From Bacilli bacterium (GTDB lineage: Bacteria; Bacillota_I; Bacilli_A; ML615J-28; CAG-313): a stretch of 64,000 nt of DNA. The stretch spans positions 115,092 through 179,091 of the forward strand of contig JAFVWY010000009.1 in NCBI GenBank assembly GCA_017501465.1, given 5' to 3'. Position numbers and translations under genes: made by a program. The notes below the pieces were generated by a model. That model made no database searches. It was not told the DNA's origin and saw only the letters and a program-made list of their open reading frames with translations. Below are positions 38,422 through 49,198 of this stretch, one piece after another. Positions within the stretch are counted from its first letter, which is position 1; each line of letters begins with the position of its first letter.

Positions 38422-38961
38422 ATGAATACTTTAATAATAATTACCTTAATACTTTTATTGATATATTATATTTTTTCTTTAAAGATTACTCTATATTTAA
38501 ATAAAGATGAAAAACTTCATATTTGGTTTAAAATAGGCAAAATTTTTAGATTTAGAGTCAATGAATCAAAACTTATTAAAAAACTGTTAGATGATATTAA
38601 TCTAAAAGATATATCGAAAATACAATATGATAGTTTCATGATTAATAATCTTTTAAAATATATTACTGTAGAAAAAATCACCGTTATTGAAAAATCTAAT
38701 ATTTTAAGTGATACTTGGAATATTTATTCAAGTTTTATTTTAAACTATATGAATAGTTATCTTCATAGTTTACTAAATCAACATTTTTATAAAGTAAATG
38801 ATGTGTATTATTCTATTAGTTATGATACAGTAGGATCGTTTGGTATTTATTTTGAATTAGTATTAAGTCTTAAAATAACTAAATTACTAAAGTATTTAAT
38901 AAGGAGGAAAAGATATAATGAACAAAGAAACGAGCGAAATTATAAAAGATTCATTAAATGA
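38422..38961 (+). CDS. YtfI-like (DUF2953) sporulation-associated membrane protein
   Basis: N-terminal TM helix, then a K/I-rich body as in DUF2953. Immediately upstream of and overlapping ytfJ, as in the Bacillus ytfI-ytfJ operon. Confidence 0.4.
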   Translation: MNTLIIITLILLLIYYIFSLKITLYLNKDEKLHIWFKIGKIFRFRVNESKLIKKLLDDINLKDISKIQYDSFMINNLLKYITVEKITVIEKSNILSDTWNIYSSFILNYMNSYLHSLLNQHFYKVNDVYYSISYDTVGSFGIYFELVLSLKITKLLKYLIRRKRYNEQRNERNYKRFIK

Positions 38962-39295
38962 GGTAAAAAGTTTAATTGATGTTAATGTTGTGATTGGGAA
39001 GCCAATGTTTTTAGATGAAGCATTAGTAGTACCTATCTCAAAAGTAAAGTGTGCATATATTAGTGGAGGAATCGATCAAAAAAAAGAAAACTATAAAGGT
39101 AATATGCCTCAATCTAGTTTATTAGCTTCTAACCAAACAATCACTCCGGTTGGGTTTTTAGTTAAAGAAAAAGATAGTGTAAAAGTATTACACTTAGAAA
39201 ATGATGTACATATTTTAGAATATATTTTAGATTCTGGTATTGATGTTATTAAGACATTTATCGATTTATTTAAAAAGAAAGAAAAACCTGAATAA
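38918..39295 (+). CDS. ytfJ: sporulation protein YtfJ/GerW family
   Basis: VIGKPMFLDEALVVPISKVKCAYISGGIDQKK and TPVGFLVKEKDSVKVLHLEND match the YtfJ/GerW core. Confidence 0.65.
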   Translation: MNKETSEIIKDSLNEVKSLIDVNVVIGKPMFLDEALVVPISKVKCAYISGGIDQKKENYKGNMPQSSLLASNQTITPVGFLVKEKDSVKVLHLENDVHILEYILDSGIDVIKTFIDLFKKKEKPE

Positions 39296-39464
39296 ATTAA
39301 AAACTACTCTAATATAATATAGTGAATATATTATAAAGGAGTAGTATATGAGGTTTATCGTAATTGAATTACCTAAGTTTTTATCTGGAATAGTAGGTTT
39401 TTTTAAAAACCTATTTAAGAAATAAAAAAAACAAGACATTTGTCTTGTATTTTTTTAGTTTGTT

Positions 39465-39656
39465 TTACGCTCTTGTAACTAAACCAGAACGTAATGCTCT
39501 AGTTGATACTAATACTTTCTTAGTGTGACCTTTTTCATCAACGATTCTAACTTTTTGTAAGTTAGCTTTGAAAGTACGACGAGTTGCGTGCCAAGAGTGA
39601 GAACGATTGTTACCTGCTGTAGAACCTAAACCAGTAACATAACATTTACGAGCCAT
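39465..39656 (-). CDS. rpmB: 50S ribosomal protein L28
   Basis: [36 protein letters not shown], 63 aa. Bidirectional terminator at 39424..39458. Confidence 0.9.
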   Translation of the reverse strand: MARKCYVTGLGSTAGNNRSHSWHATRRTFKANLQKVRIVDEKGHTKKVLVSTRALRSGLVTRA

Positions 39657-39833
39657 AATGCTTCCTCCTTAATTACTCTTTTAAAATCTACATTATTATA
39701 TCACAAAATATACTCTATTGCAAGGAAATACAAAAAAAATTTAAAATGAAGCTGTTAAAAAAGGGCATAAAATAATATTACTTGCATTTTTTTACAAAAT
39801 GTGGTATATTATACAAGTATTAGGAGGTAACTA

Positions 39834-41507
39834 ATGAGTACAATTAAAGTTAATGGTGAATTATACAAAATAATTGTTAAGAATGGCGCAGTCTCTTTAC
39901 GAAATGATTATAAACGAATCGATGCACTTAATGTATTCCCTGTTCCTGATGGGGATACTGGTACTAATATGTCTATGACAATAGAAGCTGGTGTTTCAGC
40001 TTTAGAAAACGAAAATGAAACTTCTATTTATTTAATGTCTAAAAAATTCTCTCGTGGTATGTTAATGGGAGCAAGAGGTAACTCTGGTGTAATTTTATCA
40101 CAATTTTTTAGAGGTATTTATAAAGGTTTAGAAGGCTTTGATGAAGTGGGAGCAAAAGAATTTGCTAAAGCATTCAAACGTGGGGTAGAACAAGCTTATA
40201 AAGCTGTTATGAAACCAGTTGAAGGTACAATTCTTACTGTATGTAGAGAAGCTAGTGAATATGCTTTTAAAAATGTTTCAAAAAAATCATCTATTGAAGA
40301 TTTCTTTGAATTATTCTTAAAAGAAGCGTATGCATCACTTGAAAGAACTCCTGATTTATTACCTGCTTTAAAAGACGCTTGTGTAGTAGATAGTGGTGCA
40401 GCCGGCTTTATTCAAATTATTGAAGGTATGTATAAAGCTGTCAAAGGAGAAATTCTAGAACACATTGATGCTTCTAGTGTTAGTACAAATTCTGTTAATC
40501 GTGGCTCATTTAATGCTCATAGCGAATTAACATATGGATATTGTACAGAGTTCATTCTTCAATTACAACATAGTAAAGTTGATGTTGCAAATTTTGATGA
40601 AAAAGTTATTACTGATGAATTACAAGTTCTAGGTGATTCTATCGTATGCTTCAAAGATGAAGACATTATTAAAGTCCATGTTCATACTAAGACTCCTGGA
40701 ATCGTACTTGGTATTGGTCAAAAATATGGAGAATTTATCACATTAAAGATTGAAAATATGTCAATTCAACATAATGAATCAGAAGAAGTTCAAGAACAAT
40801 GTAATTGTGAACAATGTGTAGAAATGCGTAGTAAACAAGAAAGAAAAAAATATGCAGTAGTTGCTGTAGCATCTGGAACAGGTCTTGTTAATATGTTCAA
40901 ATCTATGGGTGTTGATTATGTTGTTTCTGGTGGTCAAACAATGAATCCATCATCAGAAGATTTTGTTACTGCATTTGATTCAATTAATGCAGAAAATATT
41001 ATTGTCTTCCCAAATAATAGTAATATTGTAATGGCTGCACAACAAGCTGGTAAATATTATGATAAAGCCAATGTTGTTGTTATTAAAACTAAGTCACTTG
41101 CACAAGGATATAGTGCCCTTACTGTATTAGATTTATCTAGTGATAATTTAGAAGAAATCCAAGAATCAATTCAAGAAGTTATCACAAACGTTACTACAGG
41201 TTTAGTAACTTATTCAATTAGAGATGCATCTATTGATGGTATCGAAATTAAAAAAGATGATTATATTGGTATTATTAATGGTAGAATGGTTGCTTCAACT
41301 GCTAGTAGAGTTGAAACTGTAAAAGAAATGTTAAAGGCAACTGATTTATCTGAAAAATACATTGTAACTATTATTACAGGCTGTGATGCAAATCCTGCTG
41401 AAACTGAAGAAATTATAGCTCACATAGCTGAAAACTATCCTGATATTGAAACTGATGTAGTAGAAGGAAATCAAGAAGTTTACAGTTATATCTTATCTTT
41501 AGAATAA
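39834..41507 (+). CDS. yloV: DAK2 domain fusion protein YloV
   Basis: N-terminal Dak2 domain (VFPVPDGDTGTNM). C-terminal DegV-like domain. Position between rpmB and recG. Confidence 0.85.
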   Translation: MSTIKVNGELYKIIVKNGAVSLRNDYKRIDALNVFPVPDGDTGTNMSMTIEAGVSALENENETSIYLMSKKFSRGMLMGARGNSGVILSQFFRGIYKGLEGFDEVGAKEFAKAFKRGVEQAYKAVMKPVEGTILTVCREASEYAFKNVSKKSSIEDFFELFLKEAYASLERTPDLLPALKDACVVDSGAAGFIQIIEGMYKAVKGEILEHIDASSVSTNSVNRGSFNAHSELTYGYCTEFILQLQHSKVDVANFDEKVITDELQVLGDSIVCFKDEDIIKVHVHTKTPGIVLGIGQKYGEFITLKIENMSIQHNESEEVQEQCNCEQCVEMRSKQERKKYAVVAVASGTGLVNMFKSMGVDYVVSGGQTMNPSSEDFVTAFDSINAENIIVFPNNSNIVMAAQQAGKYYDKANVVVIKTKSLAQGYSALTVLDLSSDNLEEIQESIQEVITNVTTGLVTYSIRDASIDGIEIKKDDYIGIINGRMVASTASRVETVKEMLKATDLSEKYIVTIITGCDANPAETEEIIAHIAENYPDIETDVVEGNQEVYSYILSLE

Positions 41508-41570
41508 AAATAACAAAAGTGAAGGAGGCTTATAATGCTTACTTCACTTTATATTTGAAAAGGGATCATT

Positions 41571-43604
41571 ATGAAATCAATATTGTTAGAAAATGAAGAA
41601 TACATTTTAGCAAGATATCGTAATGCTTTAAAAAAACAAGGGATAGAAACAATAGAACAATTACTAAAAGAGTATCCTACTAGATATGAAAATTTTAAAG
41701 TTAGTAGTATTAAAAATGCTAAACTTGATGAACAAATAGTGCTAGAAGGGAGTATTCAAAGTAAAGTTACTGTTACTTACCTTAAAGCAAAACTATCTGC
41801 GTTAAATTTCTTACTAGAAGTTGAAGGACGAATAGTAAGAGCTACTATTTTTAATAGAACTTTCTTAAAAACAAAACTAGACTATGGAACTGTCATTAGA
41901 GCAAGCGGTAAGTTCGTTAAAACAATGAACAATTTTACTATTTCTGAGCTTATCTTTTGTGATGAAATTGACCGCGAAATTGTTCCAATTTATAAGACTA
42001 AAGATATAAGTGAAGCTAAATACATTGAACTTGTTGATAAAGTTCAAAGAAAGTATTTAGATTTATTAGATGAAGAATTACCAAAAAAATATGTAGACAA
42101 ACATCATTTAGTTGATATTTATACATTAACTAAATATTTACATAAACCGGAATCAGAAGAACAAATTAATGTTGCTAGAAAGCGTCTTAAGTATGAAGAA
42201 TTATTAAAATATCAAGTGTCAATGAAATATCTTCATTATATGAGAGAAAAAACTCATAATTGTCCGGTTATTGAATATGATAAAGACTTATTAAAAAAAT
42301 TAGAATTAACTTTGCCTTATGAATTAACAAGTGATCAAAGACAAGTAATTAATGAAATTTTAAATGATTTAAAAGCTCCATATACTATGAATAGATTATT
42401 ACAAGGAGAAGTTGGTAGTGGTAAAACAATTGTTGCGATTATGGCTATCTTAGCTGTTGTTAGTGGTGGTTATCAAGCTGCTTTAATGTGTCCTACTGAA
42501 ATCTTATCTAAACAACATTTTGATACACTATCTTCAATGTTAGAACCTTTTAATATTTCCATTGGACTTCTTACAGGTTCTACTTCATTAAAGGTTAAAA
42601 AACAAATCATTGAAGATTTAAAAACAGGTAAAATTCAAGTAATTGTTGGTACTCATGCGTTATTTCAAAAAGGCGTTGAATATGAAAAATTAGGTATTGT
42701 TATTGCAGATGAAGAACATCGCTTTGGTGTTAAACAAAGAGTAATGATTAGGAATAAAGGTGAGGATGTTAATTATTTAAAAATGAGTGCAACTCCAATT
42801 CCTAGAACTTTATCTATTTCTGCATATGGTGATATGGATATTTCGATTATTAAAGAAATGCCAAAGAATAGAAAACCAGTTAATACTTTCTATGTTGATA
42901 ACAAGAATAAAAATAGTGTTATGAAACATATGAAAGAAGAATTAAAAAAGAAGCACCAAATATATGTAGTGACACCACTTATTAATGAATCTGAGTCACT
43001 TGACACTGCTAATGCTACAGAGATTTATCAAAATATGGTTAGATATTTTAAAGATAAAGCTGTTGTTGGATTGATTCATGGTAAACTTCCAAGTAATGAA
43101 AAAGAACAAGTAATGAAAGATTTTTTAGATAAAAAGATTGATATCTTAGTTGCTACTTCAGTAATTGAGGTTGGGGTTAATGTTATTAATGCAACTACAA
43201 TTGTTATACTTGGAGCAGAACGTTTTGGGGTGGCAACACTACATCAATTAAGAGGTCGTGTTATGAGAAGTGATGCGGAGCCTTATTGTTTCTTACTTGC
43301 TGAACATAAAACAGAAGCTAGTGAAAAACGATTAAAAATGTTAGAATATACAACTGATGGTTTTGAACTAGCAGAGTATGATTTAGTAAATAGAGGACCT
43401 GGTGAATTCTTTGGTGAAAAACAAAGTGGTTCTATGAATTTTAAATATGTTGATTTAAGAGTTGATAATGAGTTATTGCTTTTAGCGAATGAAGATTCTG
43501 AAGAAATTTTAGAATCTGGTGAATTATTTAATAATGAAGAGTATAAGGTATTATTTGAAACTGCCAAACATAATTATCAATTAAAATTAGAAGAATTAGA
43601 CTAA
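41571..43604 (+). CDS. recG: ATP-dependent DNA helicase RecG
   Basis: Wedge domain. GEVGSGKT Walker A. DEEHRFG (DEEH box). HQLRGRVMR. Confidence 0.9.
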   Translation: MKSILLENEEYILARYRNALKKQGIETIEQLLKEYPTRYENFKVSSIKNAKLDEQIVLEGSIQSKVTVTYLKAKLSALNFLLEVEGRIVRATIFNRTFLKTKLDYGTVIRASGKFVKTMNNFTISELIFCDEIDREIVPIYKTKDISEAKYIELVDKVQRKYLDLLDEELPKKYVDKHHLVDIYTLTKYLHKPESEEQINVARKRLKYEELLKYQVSMKYLHYMREKTHNCPVIEYDKDLLKKLELTLPYELTSDQRQVINEILNDLKAPYTMNRLLQGEVGSGKTIVAIMAILAVVSGGYQAALMCPTEILSKQHFDTLSSMLEPFNISIGLLTGSTSLKVKKQIIEDLKTGKIQVIVGTHALFQKGVEYEKLGIVIADEEHRFGVKQRVMIRNKGEDVNYLKMSATPIPRTLSISAYGDMDISIIKEMPKNRKPVNTFYVDNKNKNSVMKHMKEELKKKHQIYVVTPLINESESLDTANATEIYQNMVRYFKDKAVVGLIHGKLPSNEKEQVMKDFLDKKIDILVATSVIEVGVNVINATTIVILGAERFGVATLHQLRGRVMRSDAEPYCFLLAEHKTEASEKRLKMLEYTTDGFELAEYDLVNRGPGEFFGEKQSGSMNFKYVDLRVDNELLLLANEDSEEILESGELFNNEEYKVLFETAKHNYQLKLEELD

Positions 43605-43618
43605 AAGGAGTGATATTT

Positions 43619-44296
43619 ATGAGTAATTTAGATGCTTTTTTAAAAAAGTACAAAATTGATTCATCAAGAATGGATATCATTGAAGAAGCTTTAACACATT
43701 CTAGTTATGCTAATGAACATCAAACTACTTGTTATGAAAGATTAGAATTTTTAGGTGATGCAGTGCTAGGTATTTTAGTAGCTGAATTTATCTACAAAAA
43801 CTATCCTGATTTACCAGAAGGTAAAATGACTAAATTAAGAGCGACTTATGTTTGTGAAGATGCCAACTATAAATACGCTCAAGAACTTGAGATTGGTTCG
43901 ATGATTAGACTTGGCCATGGCGAAGAAATGAGTGGAGGAAGAACTAGACCTACGGTTTTAAATGATGTGTTTGAAGCTTTACTAGGGGCAATATATTTAA
44001 CAAATGGACTTGAAAAGGTAAGAGAAATTTTGAGTGATGTTGTATTCCCTCATATTGGTAAAGACATTGTTAAACCTTTTGTTGATTATAAGAGTAAATT
44101 ACAAGAATATATTCAAACTGAAACAAGAAGTGTTTTACAATACCGCTTAGATGATGTTGTTGGTCCACCACACGATCGAACATTTACTATGAGTGTTAGT
44201 CTTGATGGTATTAAATTAGGGGTTGGTATTGGTAAATCGAAAAAAGATGCAGAACAACTTGCAGCTAAAGCTGCCCTTGATAAAATGGTACAATAA
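43619..44296 (+). CDS. rnc: ribonuclease III
   Basis: ERLEFLGDAVLG RNase III signature. C-terminal dsRBD. AAGGAG RBS before the ATG at 43619. Confidence 0.9.
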   Translation: MSNLDAFLKKYKIDSSRMDIIEEALTHSSYANEHQTTCYERLEFLGDAVLGILVAEFIYKNYPDLPEGKMTKLRATYVCEDANYKYAQELEIGSMIRLGHGEEMSGGRTRPTVLNDVFEALLGAIYLTNGLEKVREILSDVVFPHIGKDIVKPFVDYKSKLQEYIQTETRSVLQYRLDDVVGPPHDRTFTMSVSLDGIKLGVGIGKSKKDAEQLAAKAALDKMVQ

Positions 44297-44345
44297 AAAG
44301 CATAGTAATATCTTTTTTATTGGAAATTTTAAAATATAAATTATT

Positions 44346-44377
44346 AAACTCGACTTTTAAACAGTCGAGTTTTTTTA
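44346..44377 (+). terminator. rho-independent terminator after rnc
   Basis: aaactcgact..agtcgagttt hairpin followed by tttttt. Confidence 0.65.
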
Positions 44378-44458
44378 TACAAATAATGTTGAATTCATAT
44401 ATTTTTTTTGATATAATAAAATCATAGATTAGTAAAAAAATATCAAAGGAGAAATATA

Positions 44459-45391
44459 ATGCGTCGAATAAATTTACAATTTGTACTTTTATCTTTCATT
44501 TTTTGTATGATAATATTAACATTATCATCTTGTTCTTCAAAAAAATATGAAACAAACACTCATGATATTTCTGAAGAATTCAACAACATTGCTATTAAAA
44601 CAGATACAGCAGATATTAATATTGTTTTGTCTGAAAGTGGAGAATGCAAAGTAGTTTGCTATGAGGAGTCAAAGAAAAGTCATTCTGTTGTAGTTCAAAA
44701 TAGTACTCTTACAGTTAATGTGATTAATGATAAAAAATGGTATGACTATATTGGATTTAATTTCGACTCTCCGAAGATAACAGTTTATCTACCTAAATCT
44801 GAATATTCATCGCTTATAATTGAAGAAAGCACTGGTGATATTGAGATATCGAAAGAATTTCAATTTAAAGACATCGATATTTCTCTAAGTACTGGCGATG
44901 TTAAGTGTTATGCTTCTGCTTTAGGGGATATTAAAATAGCAGCTAGTACTGGTTCTGTTTGTGTTGAAAGCAAATTGGTAAGTTCACTTGATATTACTGT
45001 TTCCACTGGTAAAGTAACAGTTTCCAATATGATGTGTGATGGCAACATATCAATCGCTGTTTCAACGGGAAAAACTTATCTTACTAATATTGTGTGTAAA
45101 AATCTTTCATCAACTGGAAGTACTGGTGATATATCATTAAGAGGTGTCATTTCTTCAGAAAAGATCATCATAGAAAGAAGTACTGGGGATGTAATGTTTG
45201 ATGGCTCGGATGCTTCAGAACTTTTTATAACAACAGATACAGGTGATGTTGAAGGTAGTTTACTTACTGAAAAAGTATTTATTGTTAGAACAGATACAGG
45301 TGATATCCATGTTCCAAATTCTATCACTGGAGGAAGATGCGAGATTACCACTGACACAGGTGATATAAAAATCTCGATTTTAATTAGTTAA
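44459..45391 (+). CDS. DUF4097-family beta-helical repeat lipoprotein
   Basis: Lipobox LSSC. About ten S/T-TGD-I/V repeat units (STGDIEIS, STGDVKCY, TDTGDIHVP, etc.), typical of DUF4097 putative adhesins. Confidence 0.6.
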   Translation: MRRINLQFVLLSFIFCMIILTLSSCSSKKYETNTHDISEEFNNIAIKTDTADINIVLSESGECKVVCYEESKKSHSVVVQNSTLTVNVINDKKWYDYIGFNFDSPKITVYLPKSEYSSLIIEESTGDIEISKEFQFKDIDISLSTGDVKCYASALGDIKIAASTGSVCVESKLVSSLDITVSTGKVTVSNMMCDGNISIAVSTGKTYLTNIVCKNLSSTGSTGDISLRGVISSEKIIIERSTGDVMFDGSDASELFITTDTGDVEGSLLTEKVFIVRTDTGDIHVPNSITGGRCEITTDTGDIKISILIS

Positions 45392-45432
45392 TTTTGATTA
45401 AAAAAAAGAGTAGCTCAAAAAAGCTACTTTTT

Positions 45433-47679
45433 TTATTGAATCTCTTTATTAAAGTGACCTCTAGTGTCTTTTTGATTATCAAAGAATTTTGTAACACTAT
45501 TAATATTATTTAGTTTATATTGGAATTGTTTAATAATATTAATGACTTGATCTTTACTTTCATCAGTAAATACTAATCTGTAACTTGATATTCCATTTAT
45601 TAAGTGTAAATCATCAACTAGATTTAGTGTTTTACTATTTAAAATAGTAATTGTACAATCGTTATTAAATTTAATTGGGAATTCTGCAATGTCGTCTTTA
45701 ATTGTATATTGATTCTTTTTACAATCACCACACATGTTAAGTTTTCTTAAAGGACAATATTTTGTTACCATTAGATTTAATCTACCGTATGCAATAACTT
45801 CTATGTTAGGATAAGTATCGAATTCCTTTAGATAATTATCGACTAAATCATTGATGCTATCTTTATTTATTTCGTATGATAAAGTAACTTTATCTACACC
45901 AAGTGAGTGAAGTAAAGCAACACTTTTAGAATTAACTACATTTAAAGAATAATCTGTAGTTATTGTATTAGTATCTTTATAGTGGTATACGCCATTTAAT
46001 CCGCCAACTAGTAAATTCCCATATAAATCACGGTAATTGACATTATTTCTTGGAACAATATTGTCATAATAAATATCAGTAATACCCATTTTTAAACAAG
46101 CGTCATATTGTTCATCATTTGATACTTGTACACTAATCGTAGGATATGGTTTATCGTAACTTGGTACAATTAATTTTTTTGAATCTTTTTTCACAAAACT
46201 AAACTTTAGTCTTTCATTGTTGAGCTTGTTTATGGCATCTCGTTTTAAACTACTAATGATTTTCAAAGGAACAAAAGCGTTACTTTCGAAATCAATAAAG
46301 ATATTATCAAGATAATATGGTGTATCATTTAACTTAGATAGTAAGTCTTTAAAGTTTTCATCAGTTATCCCTTTAGATTTTGCAGGTTCGATAATATAAT
46401 TACTTTCTACTTTTATACTATAAGTTTCATATTTAATATATAAAATAAGAGGTTTACCAACACTACCTTGAACTATTATGTCAATTGGAAGACGTTTAAA
46501 TTCTTTTGGATATGTTTTATTAATCTCATTTAGATATTTAATATCTTTAGTTTTGTAAACTAAATTACCCACTTCTACTTTTTCTTTAATTTCAATATTG
46601 ATAATGTTGTCTGATTCATTAATAAGACGACCTTGTTGATCATATATTTTAACTAGTGGAAAAGAAACTTCTTCCCCTACTTTATTAGTTTCAATACGTA
46701 TTTGATCGTTTTGGCAAACTGGTTTGTTTAATTTAATTGTTACCTTTTTACCGGCCACTCTTATAACTTTTCCAATTAAATAACCATAATTGTTTGGTTT
46801 TAAAGAGTTAACTATGTCTTTAGGATCTTCTCCCAAAATATAACCTTTAGTAAATGTTCTTTGGAAGTTTTTATATATATGTTCAGTGTTAGTTTTGTTG
46901 CCATCTAGAATATCTCGGTAATATCTTACAATTCCTGCAACATAGCTAGGCTCTTTCATTCTACCTTCAATTTTAAAAGAGTCAACCATCTTAAGTTTAT
47001 TAATATCATTACTTACATTCAAATCTTTCATACTAAAAAGATAGCTAGCAGGATATGTCTTATTGGTTGTTTTATTATTTAAAGTATAGATTTTTCTACA
47101 ACATCCAACGCATCTACCACGGTTTCCACTTCGCATTCCTAATAATCCACTCATAAAACAGTTGCCTGAATATGATACACAAAGAGCGCCGTGAATAAAA
47201 GTTTCTAGTTGAATCTTACAATTTTTCTTAAATTCTTTTATTTTTTCAACATTAACTTCACGAGCAAGAACTACTCTTTTTGCACCAAGGGATTTAACAA
47301 GTTTAATGCCATCTAAATCATCGATTCCAACTTGAGTTGAAATGTGTGCTTCTATTGTATTATAGTGAGAAGTTATATAATTTAGTAAAGCAAGATCTTG
47401 AACAATTATAGCATCTATATTAATTGATGCTAATAAATCCACGGTTTTAAATGCCATATTAAGTTCATGTTCAAAAAGAATTGTATTCATTGCAACAAAA
47501 ACTTTTACATTTCTTAAATGTGCATATTCAGTGATTAATTTTAATGTATCAATATCAAAGTTATTAGCATATGCTCTAGCACTAAATGAATTAAGGCCAA
47601 CATAGATAGCATCAGCACCATTAGATATTGCTGCATAAAAAGCATCTATATTACCAGCAGGAGCAAGTAATTCACTCAT
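45433..47679 (-). CDS. peptidase U32 family protein, double-domain long form
   Basis: MSELLAPAGN start after AGAGGTGA. TIM-barrel U32 core with Cys cluster CVGCCR. The ~740 aa correspond to a fused YrrN+YrrO-type architecture. Confidence 0.8.
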   Translation of the reverse strand: MSELLAPAGNIDAFYAAISNGADAIYVGLNSFSARAYANNFDIDTLKLITEYAHLRNVKVFVAMNTILFEHELNMAFKTVDLLASINIDAIIVQDLALLNYITSHYNTIEAHISTQVGIDDLDGIKLVKSLGAKRVVLAREVNVEKIKEFKKNCKIQLETFIHGALCVSYSGNCFMSGLLGMRSGNRGRCVGCCRKIYTLNNKTTNKTYPASYLFSMKDLNVSNDINKLKMVDSFKIEGRMKEPSYVAGIVRYYRDILDGNKTNTEHIYKNFQRTFTKGYILGEDPKDIVNSLKPNNYGYLIGKVIRVAGKKVTIKLNKPVCQNDQIRIETNKVGEEVSFPLVKIYDQQGRLINESDNIINIEIKEKVEVGNLVYKTKDIKYLNEINKTYPKEFKRLPIDIIVQGSVGKPLILYIKYETYSIKVESNYIIEPAKSKGITDENFKDLLSKLNDTPYYLDNIFIDFESNAFVPLKIISSLKRDAINKLNNERLKFSFVKKDSKKLIVPSYDKPYPTISVQVSNDEQYDACLKMGITDIYYDNIVPRNNVNYRDLYGNLLVGGLNGVYHYKDTNTITTDYSLNVVNSKSVALLHSLGVDKVTLSYEINKDSINDLVDNYLKEFDTYPNIEVIAYGRLNLMVTKYCPLRKLNMCGDCKKNQYTIKDDIAEFPIKFNNDCTITILNSKTLNLVDDLHLINGISSYRLVFTDESKDQVINIIKQFQYKLNNINSVTKFFDNQKDTRGHFNKEIQ

Positions 47680-47820
47680 AATATCACCTCTATTTTGTAA
47701 TTTTATCATATTTTTTAAAAAATAACTACTATTTACAAAAGTTATTTATCCAATTGCTTTATTTTAAAAACTATTATATAATATATTTAATGATAGAAAA
47801 ATTTAGAAAAGGAGAAAAAT

Positions 47821-48690
47821 ATGTCAAATGTAGTTATACTTACAGATTCTACTTGTGATTTATCACAAGAATTATTAAAAGAATATGATATACATGTACT
47901 ACCACTTTATGTAACAATTAATGGTAAATCTTATAAAGACTTTGTTGAACTAACTGCAAAGGATATGTATGAGTTAGCTGAAAAAGAAAATGCTCATCCT
48001 AAAACATCAGCTGCTTCAGTTCAAGACTATTACGATTTCTTTTCACAATTTTTAAAGGAAGGTAAAGAAATTGTTTACTGTGGAATTGGTAAAAACTTAT
48101 CAAGTAGTTACCAAAATGCTTTTTTAGTAATCAATATGTTAGAAGAAAATCATCCAGAATATACTGGTAAAGTACATTTAGTTGATAGTATGAGTTTATC
48201 TACTGGTATTGCTTTAACTTTGTTAAAAATGTGTAAAGCAAGAGATGAAGGTAAAACAGCTATAGAAATTGCCAAAATTGGTGAGGAAGTTTCTCAAAAA
48301 GTTGTTGCTCAATTTTGCGTAGAAGGATTAGATTATATTCACAAAGGCGGAAGATGCTCTAATTCAGCAAAATTTTTTGGTACACTTTTATCTATTAAAC
48401 CAATGTTAAAGGTTGAAGGCGGAAAACTTAATGTTTGGAAAAAATCAATTGGTTCTTTCAAAAAAGCTTTAAATATTATGATTGATGAATTTAAACAATC
48501 ACTGCCAAATTTAGATAAAGACTTCATTTTTGTCACTCATTCTGAGGGTGATGAATATGCTAAATACATTTGGGATAAAATAAGTGAAGAAAGCAAAGAG
48601 TTTGCTAACGCTTATGAGACTAAAGCTGGTTGTGTTATTTCTGGTCACTGTGGAAAAAATACAATTGGTATTTTGTATATTGAAAAATAA
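47821..48690 (+). CDS. degV: DegV-family fatty-acid-binding protein
   Basis: VVILTDSTCDLSQELLKEYDIHVLPLYV N-terminus typical of DegV, 289 aa. Confidence 0.85.
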   Translation: MSNVVILTDSTCDLSQELLKEYDIHVLPLYVTINGKSYKDFVELTAKDMYELAEKENAHPKTSAASVQDYYDFFSQFLKEGKEIVYCGIGKNLSSSYQNAFLVINMLEENHPEYTGKVHLVDSMSLSTGIALTLLKMCKARDEGKTAIEIAKIGEEVSQKVVAQFCVEGLDYIHKGGRCSNSAKFFGTLLSIKPMLKVEGGKLNVWKKSIGSFKKALNIMIDEFKQSLPNLDKDFIFVTHSEGDEYAKYIWDKISEESKEFANAYETKAGCVISGHCGKNTIGILYIEK

Positions 48691-48717
48691 TAAAGATATT
48701 TTATAATATCTTTAAAT

Positions 48718-49078
48718 GGGCTAGTATTGGTTTCGACGGGATGTTAGAAGGTTGATAAGCATACCGTGGTCATGCACGTTAAAACATCTAGGTTTAAAAT
48801 AACCGGAAATCAAAATTTAGCTTTCTGCTAGGCTTAAATAGCAGATCCTAATAATTAGGGTAACTCCTTTGTGTCTTGCCTATGTGATACAAAAGGATTC
48901 AGAGAATAGGCTATGATGATCATATTAGCTTCGGTATAGGATTCGAGATTTAGAGCTGGTAGTAATTATGTTTTGTTTATTTTCATAATTACTATGAGAC
49001 CAAATTAATAAACTAAGTATGTAGAAAATTGATTAGATAATGTTTCGGACGCGGTTTCGACTACCGCCTAGTCCACCA
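48718..49078 (+). ncRNA. ssrA: transfer-messenger RNA (tmRNA, ssrA)
   Basis: 5' GGGCUAG pairs with 3' CUAGUCC, then discriminator A plus encoded CCA. GGUUUCGACGGG D-analog. T-arm GCGGUUUCGACUACCGC with UUCGACU loop. 361 nt. Internal tag ORF ends with UAG. Another frame ends with UAA UAA. Confidence 0.85.
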
Positions 49079-49176
49079 TTAGAATACACGCCACTTTGTT
49101 GAAAAATGAAGTGGTTTTTTTATTTTATAGAAATTTGGTTTTTGTATTGACAATGTAGTGACATTTTGGTATAATG
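49047..49176 (+). repeat. att-like module copy A: tmRNA 3' end, terminator hairpin, TTGACA-17-TATAAT promoter
   Basis: Core tagtccaccattagaatacacgccactttgttgaaaaatgaagtg (49070..49114) recurs at 52146..52190 with 3 mismatches. A more degenerate copy lies at 50996..51044. All three are followed by a promoter. Confidence 0.75.
49089..49122 (+). terminator. intrinsic terminator downstream of tmRNA
   Basis: ccactt..aagtgg hairpin followed by ttttttt. Confidence 0.6.
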
Positions 49177-49198
49177 AAAGTGTTATGGAGGTATTTTT

